Positions 25,500 to 37,430 of a stretch of 64,000 nt of DNA are shown here, piece by piece. The position numbers and the translations under genes are program-made. Each line of letters starts with the position of its first letter. The first letter of the stretch is position 1. The notes under the pieces are model-generated. The model searched no databases, was not told where the DNA came from, and was given only the letters and a program-made list of their open reading frames with translations. Origin of the DNA: Ylistrum balloti (taxonomy: Eukaryota); assembly GCF_031769215.1 (NCBI RefSeq), contig NW_026782016.1, positions 1,488,001 through 1,552,000 on the forward strand, written 5' to 3'.

Positions 25500-27915
25500 A
25501 GATTTTGATCTCGTGTGTCGTAATAAGACACACGCACATGTCAACCTTTTTTTCAAGCCAAGTATTTTATTCCTTAAGTCTTTAGACTTATCAGAAGCAA
25601 ATATGGCATTCATATTACATTAAAATACACAAAGCGGCAACACGATACACAGAGAAGAATATTACATGACGTCATTCTCATACCAATGTTATATAAATTG
25701 AATTCAGGACCTGATAATCTTATTTTTGTTATTTCTTGTTTGTATTTAGTATAAATAAATTTGGTTAAATATATCTGTTGTTCAAAACTAAAAATATGTT
25801 GATATACAAAACCTTTAGAAGATGAACGTATCTTCTCAAAACATTCCTGTTTAAAAATATCACAAAGTCTTTCCTTAATAACAGAAAACAAAGGGATGTT
25901 TACATTTTCTTCATCCCATAGATAACCAAGACCAATGGCATTTAATTCTTGATTGACATTCATAAGCCAAATATCATTATTGTTTAACATTTCCCTATAA
26001 CAAGACTTCAATATACAATTTTCCGTCCTCAACAACTTCATCCAATATTTGATAAGTTTGAATTTACGGACTAAATATAATGGCTATCTTCCGAGTTCAT
26101 TGTATATCATATTATTCATGGTATTTTTACCAACACCAAGAGCACGTTTGCAGTATTCTATATGGATTTTTTCAACATGCGGGGCAGCATGGAATCCCCA
26201 AATTTCCGTGCCATAACTCAATATACTATTGACATATGTGTCAAAAACAGCCATGCGAGTTTCTATATTAAAATAATTCGAATTACAGATTCGTAAAAGA
26301 GCAAAAACTGCCTTTCTACTTTGGCTAGCGATATGCTTTTGAGTCTCTCTAAATTTACCATTATAATTCAATAAGACTCCACGATAATTAAACTTATCTA
26401 ATACTTCTATATTACAATCATTATAACCCCATGTCTCTTTTTCCCTTAATTTCCCGCCATTTCTAAACACAACTATTTTAGTTTTGTCAGTATTTACTGT
26501 TAGACCCCACTTGTCTGTATAATTTGCTAGTGAATTTAACATATTTTGTAACCTCTTTGCCGTTTCTGAAATCAGCACCATATCGTCGGCACACATTAAC
26601 AAAAACAAATTGATTTCTTGAATTTCTATTGATGTACAGTTGTCAATTAAATATTGCATTTCACAATCATTTACATATAATAAAAAAGAAAGGGAGATAA
26701 GATTTTACCTTGGAATAAACCGTTTTCACAATCGAAATATTTGGACAAAGTACCGTTATACTTAACACAACATTTAACATAATTATATAATGACCGTATA
26801 ATTCTAAGTAATTTACCACCAATTCCTTTCTTAATCAGTTTGTACCACTAGTATTGCCTATTGACGAAGTCAAAGGCTTTTTTGTAATCAACGAAACAGC
26901 AATAAAGTCTTTTCCTGTTTTTCAATGTATGATTAATAAGTGACTGAAGCGCAAATATTGCGTCAATAGTAGAAAATTCTTTCTGAATCCAAACCGAGCA
27001 TCTGTTATTTCATCATAATTGTTATCAACTTTCAACAATATTTCAATATATATATATAAGTATAGAGGTGAATAATTTCCCGATACAACTAACTAACGTT
27101 ATACCTTTGTAATTGTCCGTTTTATCAACTTCACCTTTTTTTGAACACAGGAACTATATTTCCCATAGACCAAGCGCTCGGGAAAAAAACAGATTTGAAA
27201 ACACGTAAACAATTTTAATAAACAGGGGACAAGGATATTATAACAGTTAATAAAATATTCATTTAGCACACCATCATTACCAGCTGCTTTATTAGGTTTA
27301 AGTCTTTTAATAGCTGATAGTATTTCACTTTCTGTTATGTCTACATCAAGTTCATCAATTTGAGCTTGATCAATGCTTTTATCGTATTCATTTAAAAAAT
27401 CACCAATATTTTTATCTACAGTAAGCGAGGCCCTACTAAGCGATGAGAAATGTCTGTAGAAGTCATCAATACCAAGATCAAATTTAAAGTTTTTCTTTTT
27501 TTTTATTAAAGGTTTTGTAAAATTCTTTAGGATTATATTTGCGTAAATAATTCATCATATCTCCTTGATTACATTTATACTCTTTTTTCAATTCGTATTC
27601 GAGCTTCTTGTATTCTGACTTCTTCCTCATAAGTCATTCTCTATTTGCAGCTGATTTACATGTATTAAAAGTATATAGAGCATTCTTATATTCAACATAT
27701 CTTCTTTTTACAAATATCATTAAACCAAGGCTTATCTCCGTTGGATACTTTAGCCTTTTGAGAAAAACTATTTTGGGCAAACTTTTGTGTACAGTAAGGG
27801 GCCCTAGATCATCCCTGCTCGAAATTTCGTCACGCTCTGGTGGTTTTTGTTGGCTAAACTTACCTATGTTGCGACTATATTATGGGCTTTTCGTGTTTAT
27901 ATTATAATTACAATT
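25500..27915 (-). mobile_element. RTEX-like LINE, 5'-truncated ORF2 (reverse transcriptase), degenerate
   Basis: KPWFNDICK, LKPNKAAGNDGVLNEYF, GFRKNFSTIDAIF, CFVDYKKAFD, GLFQG..LSPFLF, LLMCADDMVL (YADD-like), VNTDKTKIVVF, SYGTEIWG, YNELGR and KDLRNKIL, with stops and frameshifts. Confidence 0.92.
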
Positions 27916-27924
27916 TTACCAAGG

Positions 27925-28553
27925 TAATCTTATTGAAATTGTTGATAGATTTTGCTACCTTGGACTTGTTTTAAACTATAATGGCAAGTTTAATGTCACA
28001 CAAAAGCACCACGCCGCTCAAAGTCGTAAAGCTTTATTTGGACTTTAAAAGAATAATGTGTCAATACAACTCAACTATACAACCTGTTGTTCATTATTTG
28101 ATGCTTATGTCAGTAGTGTCTCAAATTATGGGTGCGAAATATGGGGCTTCACTACCGCACCAGATATTGAAAAGCTACATTTAGATTTTTGTAAGAACAT
28201 TTTAGGAGTTAAATGATCAACGGCTAATGCCATGGTGTATCTTGAACTTGGAAGGTTCCCTTTATCTTATTCACGTAAATTGAGAATATTTGAATATTGG
28301 TGTAAACTCATGAACTCAGATAACTGTATATTACGTAATTGCTACAATTATAGGTATAACAAATATATCTAGTACAAACTGAAAGAGTTGGGTGTCACTT
28401 GTTAAGAACGAGTTATGTTCTCTTGGTATGTATGACCAGTGGTTAAAACAGGAGTCTTTTAATATAAAATCTTTTTCAGCTGTTGCTAAACAAAGATTGT
28501 CTGATCAATTCCAACAGGATATGATGAGTCGTTTAAATTCGTCCTCCAAATAT
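27925..28553 (+). mobile_element. Second RTEX-like LINE fragment (RT C-terminal part), head-to-head with the first
   Basis: IEIVDRFCYLGLVLNYNGKF..TQKH.AAQSRKALF, NYGCEIWGF, VYLELGRFPL, LRIFEYWCKL and KQRLSDQFQQ..SSSK, then abruptly replaced by the satellite. Confidence 0.88.
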
Positions 28554-31500
28554 GACTAGAGAACGAGACAGTGATCGATCGCTGACTAGAAAATGAGACA
28601 GTGATCGATCGCTGACTAGAGAACGAGACAGTGATCGGTCGCTGACTAGAGGACGAGACAGTGATCGGTCGCTGCCTAGAGGACGACGAAGTGATCGGTC
28701 CCTGACTAGGGGACGAGACAATGTTCGGTCGCTGACTAGAGAACGAGACAGTGATCGGTCGCTGACTAGAGGACGAGACAGTGAATCGGTCGCTGCCTAG
28801 AGGACGAGACAGTGATTGGTCCCTGACTAGGGGACGAGACAATGTTCGGTCGCTGACTAGAGAACGAGACAGTGATCGATCGCTGACTAGAGGACGAGAC
28901 AGTGATCGGTCGCTGCCTAGAGGACGACGAAGTGATCGGTCCCTGACTAGGGGACGAGACAATGTTCGGTCGCTGACTAGAGGACGAGACAGTGATCGGT
29001 CGCTGACTAGAGGACGAGACAGTGAATCGGTCGCTGCCTAGAGGACGAGACAGTGATCGGTCCCTGACTAGGGGACGAGACAATGTTCGGTCGCTGACTA
29101 GAGAACGAGACAGTGATCGATCGCTGACTAGAGGACGAGACAGTGATCGGTCGCTGCCTAGAGGACGACGAAGTGATCGGTCCCTGACTAGGGGACGAGA
29201 CAATGTTCGGTCGCTGACTAGAGGACGAGACAGTGATCGGTCGCTGCCTAGAGGACGACGAAGTGATCGGTCCCTGACTAGGGGACGAGACAATGTTCGG
29301 TCGCTGACTAGAAAACGAGACAGTGATCGATCGCTGCCTAGAGGACGAGACAGTGATCGGTCCCTGACTAGAGGACGAGACGGTAATCGGTCGCTGACTA
29401 GAGGTCGAGAGAGTAATTGGTCGCTGACTAGAGGTCGAGAAAGTAATTGGTCGCTGACTAGAGGACGAGACAGTGATCGGTCGCTGACTAGAAAACGAGA
29501 CAGTGATCGATCGCTGACTAGAGAACGAGACAGTGATCGATCGCTGACTAGAGAACGAGACAGTGATCGGTCGCTGCCTAGAGGTCGAGAGAGTAATTGG
29601 TCGCTGACTAGAGGACGAGACAGTGATCGGTCGCTGACTAGAAAACGAGACAGTGTTCCATCGCTGACTAGAGAACGAGACACTGATCGATCGCTGACTA
29701 GAGGACGAGGAATTGATCGGTCCCTGACTAGGGGACGAAACAGTGATCGATCGCTGACTAGAGGACGAGACAGTGATCGGTCGCTGACTAGAGGACGAGA
29801 CAGTGATCGGTCGCTGACTAGAGGTCGAGAGAGTAATTCGTCGCTGACTAAAGGAGGAGACAGTGATCGATGGCTTACTAGAGGTCGAGAGAGTAATTGG
29901 TCGCTGACTAGAAAACGAGACAGTGATCGGTCGCTGACTAGAGGACGAGAAAGTGATCGGTTGCAGACTATAAGACGAGACAGTGATCGGTCGCTGACTA
30001 GAAGACGAGACAGTGATCGATCGCTGACTAGAGGACGAGACAGTGATCGGTCGCTGACTAGAGAACGAGAAAGTGATCGGTCGCTGACTAGAGATCGAAA
30101 CAGTGATCGGTCGATGACTAGAGGCCGAGACAGTGATCGGTCGTTGACTAGAGGTCGAGACAGTGATCGGTCGATGACTAGAGGCCGAGACAGTGATCGG
30201 TCGCTGCCTAGAGGACGAGACAGTGATCGGTCGCTGACTGGAGGACGAGACAGTGATCGGTCGCTGACTAGAGGTCGAGACAGTGATCGGTCGCTGACTA
30301 GAGGACGAGACAGTGATCGGTCGCTGACCAGAGGTCGAGACAGTGATCGATCGCTGACTAGAGGTCGAGACAGTGATCGGTCGCTGACTAGAGGACGAGA
30401 CAGTGACCGATCACTGACTAGAGGTCGAGAGAGTAATTGGTCGCTGACTAGAAAACGAGACAGTGATCGGTCGCTGACTAGAAAACGAGACAGTGATCCA
30501 TCGCTGACTAGAGAACGAGACAGTGATCGATCGCTGACTAGAGGACGAGACACTTATCAGTCGCTTACTAGAGGACGAGACAGTGATCGGTCGCTGCCTA
30601 GAGGACGAGAAAGTGATCGATCGCTGACTAGAGGACGAGACAGTGATCGGTCGCTGACTAGAGGACGAGACAGTGATCGGTCGCTGACCAGAGGACGATT
30701 AAGTGATCGGTCGCTGCCTAGGGGACGAAACAGTGATTGGTCGCTGACTAGAGGACGAGACAGTAATCGGTCGCTGACCAGAGGACGATTAATTGATCGG
30801 TCGCTGACTAGAGGACGAAACAGTGATCGATCGCTGACTAGAGAACGAGAAAGTGATCGGTCGCTGACTAGAGGTCGAGACAGTGATCGGTCGATGACTA
30901 GAGGCCGAGACAGTGATCGGTCGCTGCCTAGAGGACGAGACAGTGATCGGTCGCTGACTGGAGGACGAGACAGTGATCGGTCGCTGACTAGAGGTCGAGA
31001 CAGTGATCGGTCGCTGACTAGAGGACGAGACAGTGATCGGTCGCTGACCAGAGGTCGAGACAGTGATCGATCGCTGACTAGAGGTCGAGACAGTGATCGG
31101 TCGCTGACTAGAGGACGAGACAGTGACCGATCACTGACTAGAGGTCGAGAGAGTAATTGGTCGCTGACTAGAAAACGAGACAGTGATCGGTCGCTGACTA
31201 GAAAACGAGACAGTGATCCATCGCTGACTAGAGAACGAGACAGTGATCCATCGCTGACTAGAGGACGAGACAGTTATCGGTCGCTTACTAGAGGACGAGA
31301 CAGTGATCGGTCGCTGCCTAGAGGACGAGAAAGTGATCGATCGCTGACTAGAGGACGAGACAGTGATCGGTCGCTGACTAGAGGACGAGACAGTGATCGG
31401 TCGCTGACCAGAGGACGATTAAGTGATCGGTCGCTGCCTAGGGGACGAAACAGTGATTGGTCGCTGACTAGAGGACGAGACAGTAATCGGTCGCTGACCA

Positions 31501-31591
31501 GAGGACGATTAATTGATCGGTCGCTGACTAGAGGACGAAACAGTGATCGATCGCTGACTAGAGGACGAGACAGTGATCGGTCGCTGACTAG
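28554..31591 (-). repeat. 30-bp satellite array, right (~101 units, reverse complement of the left array; plus-strand consensus ACTAGAGGACGAGACAGTGATCGGTCGCTG)
   Basis: 30-bp periodicity with two 1-nt insertions near 28784 and 29025. The 882-aa and 595-aa ORFs in the track are readings through this array. Confidence 0.98.
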
Positions 31592-33519
31592 TGGACGTTC
31601 AACATATAGTTCAAGTCACAATATACGCTTACATAAAATCAACATGTACGCAATTAACGACACGTTGTAATTACAGGTTTCAATCAAAATGACAAAATTT
31701 CAAAACCACTTTGAATAGTATAACAATGCCATAATGAATCACTGGTTACAAATTTAAATGCTAGTAACTGTGTTTTAAAGGTATGTTATGACGCATTAGT
31801 TGAATTCAACAAACCTAACTGTAAAATGATTTGTGTTTATCAAATTAAGCATTAACTATGTAGTTTGGGTGTTATAATAAAACTTGAAAAGAGTATAGAA
31901 AAGTTAAACAGAGTTTGTACTTCACTTGGGCGTCTCTTGAAATCACCATTCTCAAAAGCAGTAGACCATAAACTATGCATTATTACGTTATCTTGAAAGC
32001 ATCTAATTGATATAGACATTTAGTTGTTCTACCTGTTTGACATGAGCTGATAACGTAATCAATTAAATCTAAAATTAAATTCAATGTCTAATAGAATGAC
32101 TTGATAAGTGATTATCGATGAGCTGGTTTTGACACAGAGGATTTGCCGATATGACGTACACGTTTGTCACTCAGACATGGTAGGATTTAGTATGTAAAGT
32201 ATGGTCTTTGTTTGCAGTTTTACCTGTCGACACAAGTTCAGTATATGGAACGATCTGAATGTCTCTATTTAAAGTTTAAACATTGAAATATTTTTGATGT
32301 CTGATTTCTGATGGGGAAAGTGACACCTTAAGTAATGCCATATTATGTATAAGTTAAAATGTGAAGGATAAAGATCAGCTGATTGAGAGAACCCTATAAT
32401 TGATATGTTGGTTAGGGGATTGTTTGCTTGTTATTATGGACATACTAGAGATTAAATCATGAATTCTGTTTTAACACGAAACACAGTCGAATGTTAAAAC
32501 GACAAAATCCATTATCTTATCTCCATTATATGCATAAAAACAAAAAAACTATCAGCATTCTTAAGTATTCGTTCCTCATAAGGCCATATGTTATTTCATT
32601 TCTAAATATTTTAATCAAAATAAGAACACAAGACGAACATTCTTATATATAATCTATAATTAGGCTACTAATTGTTACATGTAAGGATGAATCGATTTGA
32701 TACGGAAAAATTTTATGAACACAAAAAGTGCAATTAGTACTGATACAATAAAATGTTCGATATACGCGAGACACCTTGAACTTGGTCCTAATGATCACAA
32801 CAGGTTCACTCCGGATCAGAAACAAAAATGTCCACAGCCTTCAAGTGTCCGCTGATCGAAAGAGCGTGCCTTGCGTTTGAATTGTAGAAAAACTGAAGAT
32901 TCAGAAAAAAAACAATCAAATTCTACAACAAAAATAATTCAATTAGGATGTAATACAAAAATTAATAGAAAAAAATAACAGACAACCTCCACCGTACCAA
33001 AAATATTTACAAAATATCAAAATACAAAAACATAAAAATTGGGTGGGTGGGAGGGAATTCAAACACGTCCGTATACTTGTGTAACAATCTCGTCGATGAC
33101 GAGTACAGGTTAAAAGTCCTACAGCGCAGCACGCGAGCACACACGTAAACCTAACCGCGCTTAAAGCCCTGCCCCATGATTAAAATATAAATGAAATGAA
33201 ATGCGATTGATGATGATTGTACATTGGGAAGTAATAAGAATCACATAATGAAGGTTGAGGACATTGCCGTAGGCTGAGACTGTCAACGATCTAAGGGAAT
33301 TAACTACCAGTTGGGACATGGGTTAACATCAGCACGCACCAACTCAGATGGTCAGCAACATTAACGGCGCGATACCTATTTAGGAAGAACATTCCTCAGG
33401 GAGATTAATAGTCATATTTGACACAATTTGTTACGGGACGATCAACCATTGGAGAAGCCATTGACAGGATTGTTATCAGTATAATATTGGATAGGCAGAC
33501 AGAACCTAGAGACAGAACC

Positions 33520-33600
33520 TCAAGACCCGGGATTCCCAGAAAGGACATGGAAATGTATGTGGTCACCTGCCCGACCACGTGGGTTTTCCTCAGGACCTAG
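33520..33600 (+). mobile_element. SINE fragment related to the 20.9 kb SINE
   Basis: gattcccagaaaggacatggaaatg...ggtcacctgcccgaccacgtgggttttcctcagga aligns with GATTCCCGGAACGGACGTGAAAAG...TTTTCCCTGAGGA. Confidence 0.45.
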
Positions 33601-33619
33601 AGACAGAACCTAGAACAAC

Positions 33620-33750
33620 TCCGAGACTGAGCAGAGACGGTATTATTTGGTTTCATTAATCAGACAGTCCAGAGACTGAGTAGAGACGGTATTATAAGAT
33701 GTTTTGTTAATCAAACCACTCTTAGACTGAGGCGAGAATGTATTCTTAGA
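33620..33750. repeat. ~48-50 bp tandem repeat x3
   Basis: gagactgag(c/t)agagacggtattat at about 33624 and 33672, with a diverged third copy at about 33724. Confidence 0.6.
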
Positions 33751-33949
33751 TGTTTTCTTACACAATTTAAAGGAATCCAACCAGTTTCAAAGTAATGTGT
33801 CTCACAAGAGACAACAAAGGATAGGCTAGTTACAACTCCAAAGCATTTGACATTTCAACAGAGCAATCATCCCAAACGCAAGAGGCACATTTGAGAGTCG
33901 GTCTAATGAAACATGTATATATATGGTATTTAATGTGTCCTTACTAACT

Positions 33950-35900
33950 TCATATTTCTATTGGTTTAACGCAGAGCCTTTAGAAGATGTTGTTTTGATA
34001 ATCTGTTGAACATGGTCATGCCACTTGCAGCCACTACTAAAAAACACTACAAGGTGAGAGAACGTGACCGGAAGCGGTTCATTGTTACAAATAAGGTTGG
34101 GTTTTATATCGAGTGGACTCGATGAGGAAAGAATTACTTCCGTCTCAGCGAGATTGAACTGCATCAGCCACTGATCAGACTAGTCCTGTAAGCGCTCAAT
34201 ATTCAAAAGAAGTTTAAATAAAAGTCTATTATTCACACCTTATCAAATGCCTTGAAGAAGTCGCAAAATACAACACACGATTTTTCTTTCCTAGCAATGG
34301 CTGAAACTATGTTATGATAAATTTCGATCAGCTGATAAACTGTCGAATGAAGTGACAGGAATCCAGATTGATATTTGTAAAGGATATCATTGTCCCTTGC
34401 AAAATTGAAGACATATTTGAAGATAAATCTTGTCGTTATTTTCGGAACACAACTCCAAAGAAAAATTGGTCGATGATTAACAGGAAGATGACAGTCACCT
34501 TTCATAGACAAGTGTAAAAATGGTCTAAATAAGGGGCGAACGCCTTTGTCCGGTTTCACTTGAATTTATTCAAATTCATATTGAGTCAAAGACCCTACAA
34601 TACCAAGAATAAAATACATAAGCACATATATTTCCTATAGTCTTAAAACATTAATTCTACGGAGAATAAAGATACATATCTCGTAAACCATCGAAATAGA
34701 TTAATCTGATCTCAAGGTGATCATGGCGACACTACTCGTAGTATGCAAGTAGAGAGATTCAATATTAGATGTACAATTTAAATCAGTTCCAAATATATAA
34801 ATATTTTTTATACAATAACTACCTACCCTGACAAAATGTCCCTATGGTCTTGTACCAAGCTATTGTTCTGAACAATATATTTGCACGGCATACGGCCTTG
34901 AATACTGAAACGTCCGTACCCGTGAAAAGTCAATTGTCCAATAAAACCCCGCCAATGACAAACAAATACCACCGAACGAGAACGGGACAATACCTGGGCA
35001 CACATATACGTATAACATCACATTGGTAAACTGGACATGCGTACACAACATTTATACTTGTACAAGTAGTTAAGCAGACGACACGGAAAAAACACACCAA
35101 TAACGGCGGCATAGAATTGAAAAAATTGACCCTTTTACACAAGGGTAAAACATGTGTTTTCCTCCATTCAAATGGAAAAGAACACTCACGCACGGTACAA
35201 TTAAATAACAACGACAGAAGAAACGATAAATCTCTTATCGTTGCTTTGAGCCTTTGGTGACAGAATTTATCTGGGCCGACTGCTTTACCAATATCAAGAA
35301 ATGGGAAAAGACAAATACAAGACTGTACATCGTTTTCGCTTTTCACATTATCAGTTAAGGAATTAGCAATTGTTTTTAAGAATTTGGGTAAAATTGCATC
35401 AGAATCATAAATCCTGAATATGGAAGATAAGTATTTATTAAGTACTTCAGTCTTTTCTTGATCATTATAGACAACCTGTGGAATAACATATTCAACATGA
35501 TGAGGAGGAAGTAATTTTTTGTGGAGAAGACATGGAAGTTTTGAGAATTTTCCAGAAGTAACGAGGGTTAGCATTCATTGATTTATATATGCTTGACTCT
35601 AGATTACTATAAAAATCTTTAGCTTCTTTTTCATGCTGTTTACAGTATTTCTTATTTTCTGATCATTTTTCCAATCTGTCGAATTAACAGTATTGAGAGT
35701 CTGCTTCCGAAGTCTTTCATGAATCTGACGATGTTTATGTAAAACAGAATTAAACCAGTGTGTACCCGACAGAGAGATAGTTACGTCATAATTAGAAATA
35801 CATATATGACCTAATTCTAAAAATTTACCAGCTTTCGATAGCTGAGTCAATGGACGGGGCAGCCATGATGACTGATGCCAATAAACAACACTAAGCAAAT
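33950..35900 (-). mobile_element. CR1-like LINE ORF2 remnants (internally deleted)
   Basis: WFNSVLHK.RQ.HERLRK, EKTEVLNKY.SSIF, KAVGPD, FPFEW.K..VLPL, HRPI.L.SCV.KI, YQSGF...HSTVYQL, VVFCDF.KAFDKV, W.MQFN..ETE and SSGCKWH.HV. The YADD region and most of the endonuclease are missing. Confidence 0.88.
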
Positions 35901-35991
35901 TATTAAGTTTTTCAAAAATCTGTTAAGACTGTAATAATAATAATAATAATAATTTCCGAAATATGTTCGTTTGTAATTCCACATTTGCCTC

Positions 35992-37430
35992 TCATAAACA
36001 CATGTTCCTAAGGTTATACTTTTGAGCTAAGGTTTTTAGATTAGAGTTGAGATGACTGAGGTCAACATTGGAATCGGCTAGCAGAGCTACGTCTGAACTA
36101 TTATTAATGGTAGGCGTACCGCTGGTGGTGGCTGACATGCCGCTGGTGGTAGGTGTGCCGTTGGTGGCAGACGTACCACTGGTCGTGGTAGACGTACAGC
36201 TGCTGTTGGTCATGCCGCTGGTGGTAGGTGTGCCGTTGGTGGCAGACGTACCACTGGTCGTGGCAGACGTACCGCTGCTGTTGGTAAGTGTACCACTGGT
36301 GGTGGTAGGTGTGCCGCTCGTGTTAGGTGAACCGTTGGTGGTAGACGTGCCGCTGGTTGTGGCAGGCGTTCCTCTGCTGTTGGTAAGTGTACCGTTGGTG
36401 GTAGACGTACCACTGGTAGTGGTAGGTGTACCGTTGGTGGTAGACGTACCATTGGTGGTGGTAGACGTACCGCTGGTGGTGGTAGACGTACCGCTAGTGG
36501 CGGACATAACGCTGGTTACAAAAGAACGGTTGGTAGACGCGCGAGTTGGTGTCTTCACAGATGACACATCACTAAGTATGGAGTAAGTTTGACACATAGA
36601 ACTGCCTGGCATTAACAAAAATCCGACCATCCAAGGTCCAGTATGAGCAATTATCCTTCCACACCTCACCGAGACGATTTACATGCAATATTCTGGCGAT
36701 ATTTGGTTAAACGCAGTTATAAACAGTTTGTTCGTGTTGTTTTTAAGACGAGAGTTTCTATTGAAGACACGCTGTATATTTAACAGACATGTTATCATGA
36801 TAACCTTCTTGTTGCGGACTTTTCCAATAGTGTGTGTGCGTGAGAGATCATTGAATGCAAAATGAACCCCGATTTCTTCACAATTGTTTTATTTTGGTTT
36901 GTTAGGAGTCGAATTCTTTGACAGCACAGTTAAAGGGTACATTGTGGAATTTAATTACTGTAGGCCTCGAGTACTGCTGTTGCTCGTCTAAATCAGCCTG
37001 AAAGGAATTTTTCTTTGAGACGCAATCACGGATGCCTGACTCTCAATATGTCTTTAAACGGAACTTTAGCGTCGTGTACATATTGGTTTACTGACGATAT
37101 GAGTAATTCACTGTCAGATAGGGCTATTTGTATGGCTGCCACTACATGCGGCTTCATGGATTCCATCAGTAGAGATGACACCATACTGACGAGAGTAGGA
37201 GCCAACATCTGTGAGAATTGAGTGAGAGATTCCGGCGTAAACATTAGCTGCTGGATGTTATCATGAGCAATGAGCAAAATCAGGTGTGTGTGTGGGGGGA
37301 GGTGGGGGGGGTCACTTGGTGTACCCGACTGACCGGAGGGTAACTATTGGAGGGTCGGACTTTGTCACATAAGTCAAGGGTCGTTTGTTAACAGTATTCT
37401 GGATGTCATTGGGCGATAACGGGCTGTTCA
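35992..37430 (-). mobile_element. ORF1 of the CR1-like LINE (degenerate) with a T/S/G-rich tail
   Basis: Located directly 5' of the ORF2 remnants on the same strand. Shows DLDEQQQYSRPTVIKFHNVP (EQYSR-like) and SYWTLDGRIF motifs typical of LINE ORF1, followed by TTTSGT repeats. Confidence 0.6.
36100..36500. repeat. 18/21-nt coding-type tandem repeat (ccgctggtggtagacgta-like)
   Basis: Gives the TTTSGTS reading on the minus strand and the V/P/L-rich antisense ORF 36068-36586. Confidence 0.85.

Noticed and set aside
28766-30553. 595-aa ORF (SRPLVSDRSL)n and other satellite ORFs at 21852-23653 and 28486-29041 as genes
   Set aside because: They are readings through a 30-bp (3n) repeat, and these frames acquire stops elsewhere in the arrays.
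22081-31591. CRISPR array
   Set aside because: The 30-bp repeats are directly adjacent with no unique spacers, there are no cas genes, and the context is eukaryotic.
36068-36586. V/P/L-rich 172-aa membrane protein
   Set aside because: It is the antisense reading of the T/S/G repeat in the LINE ORF1.
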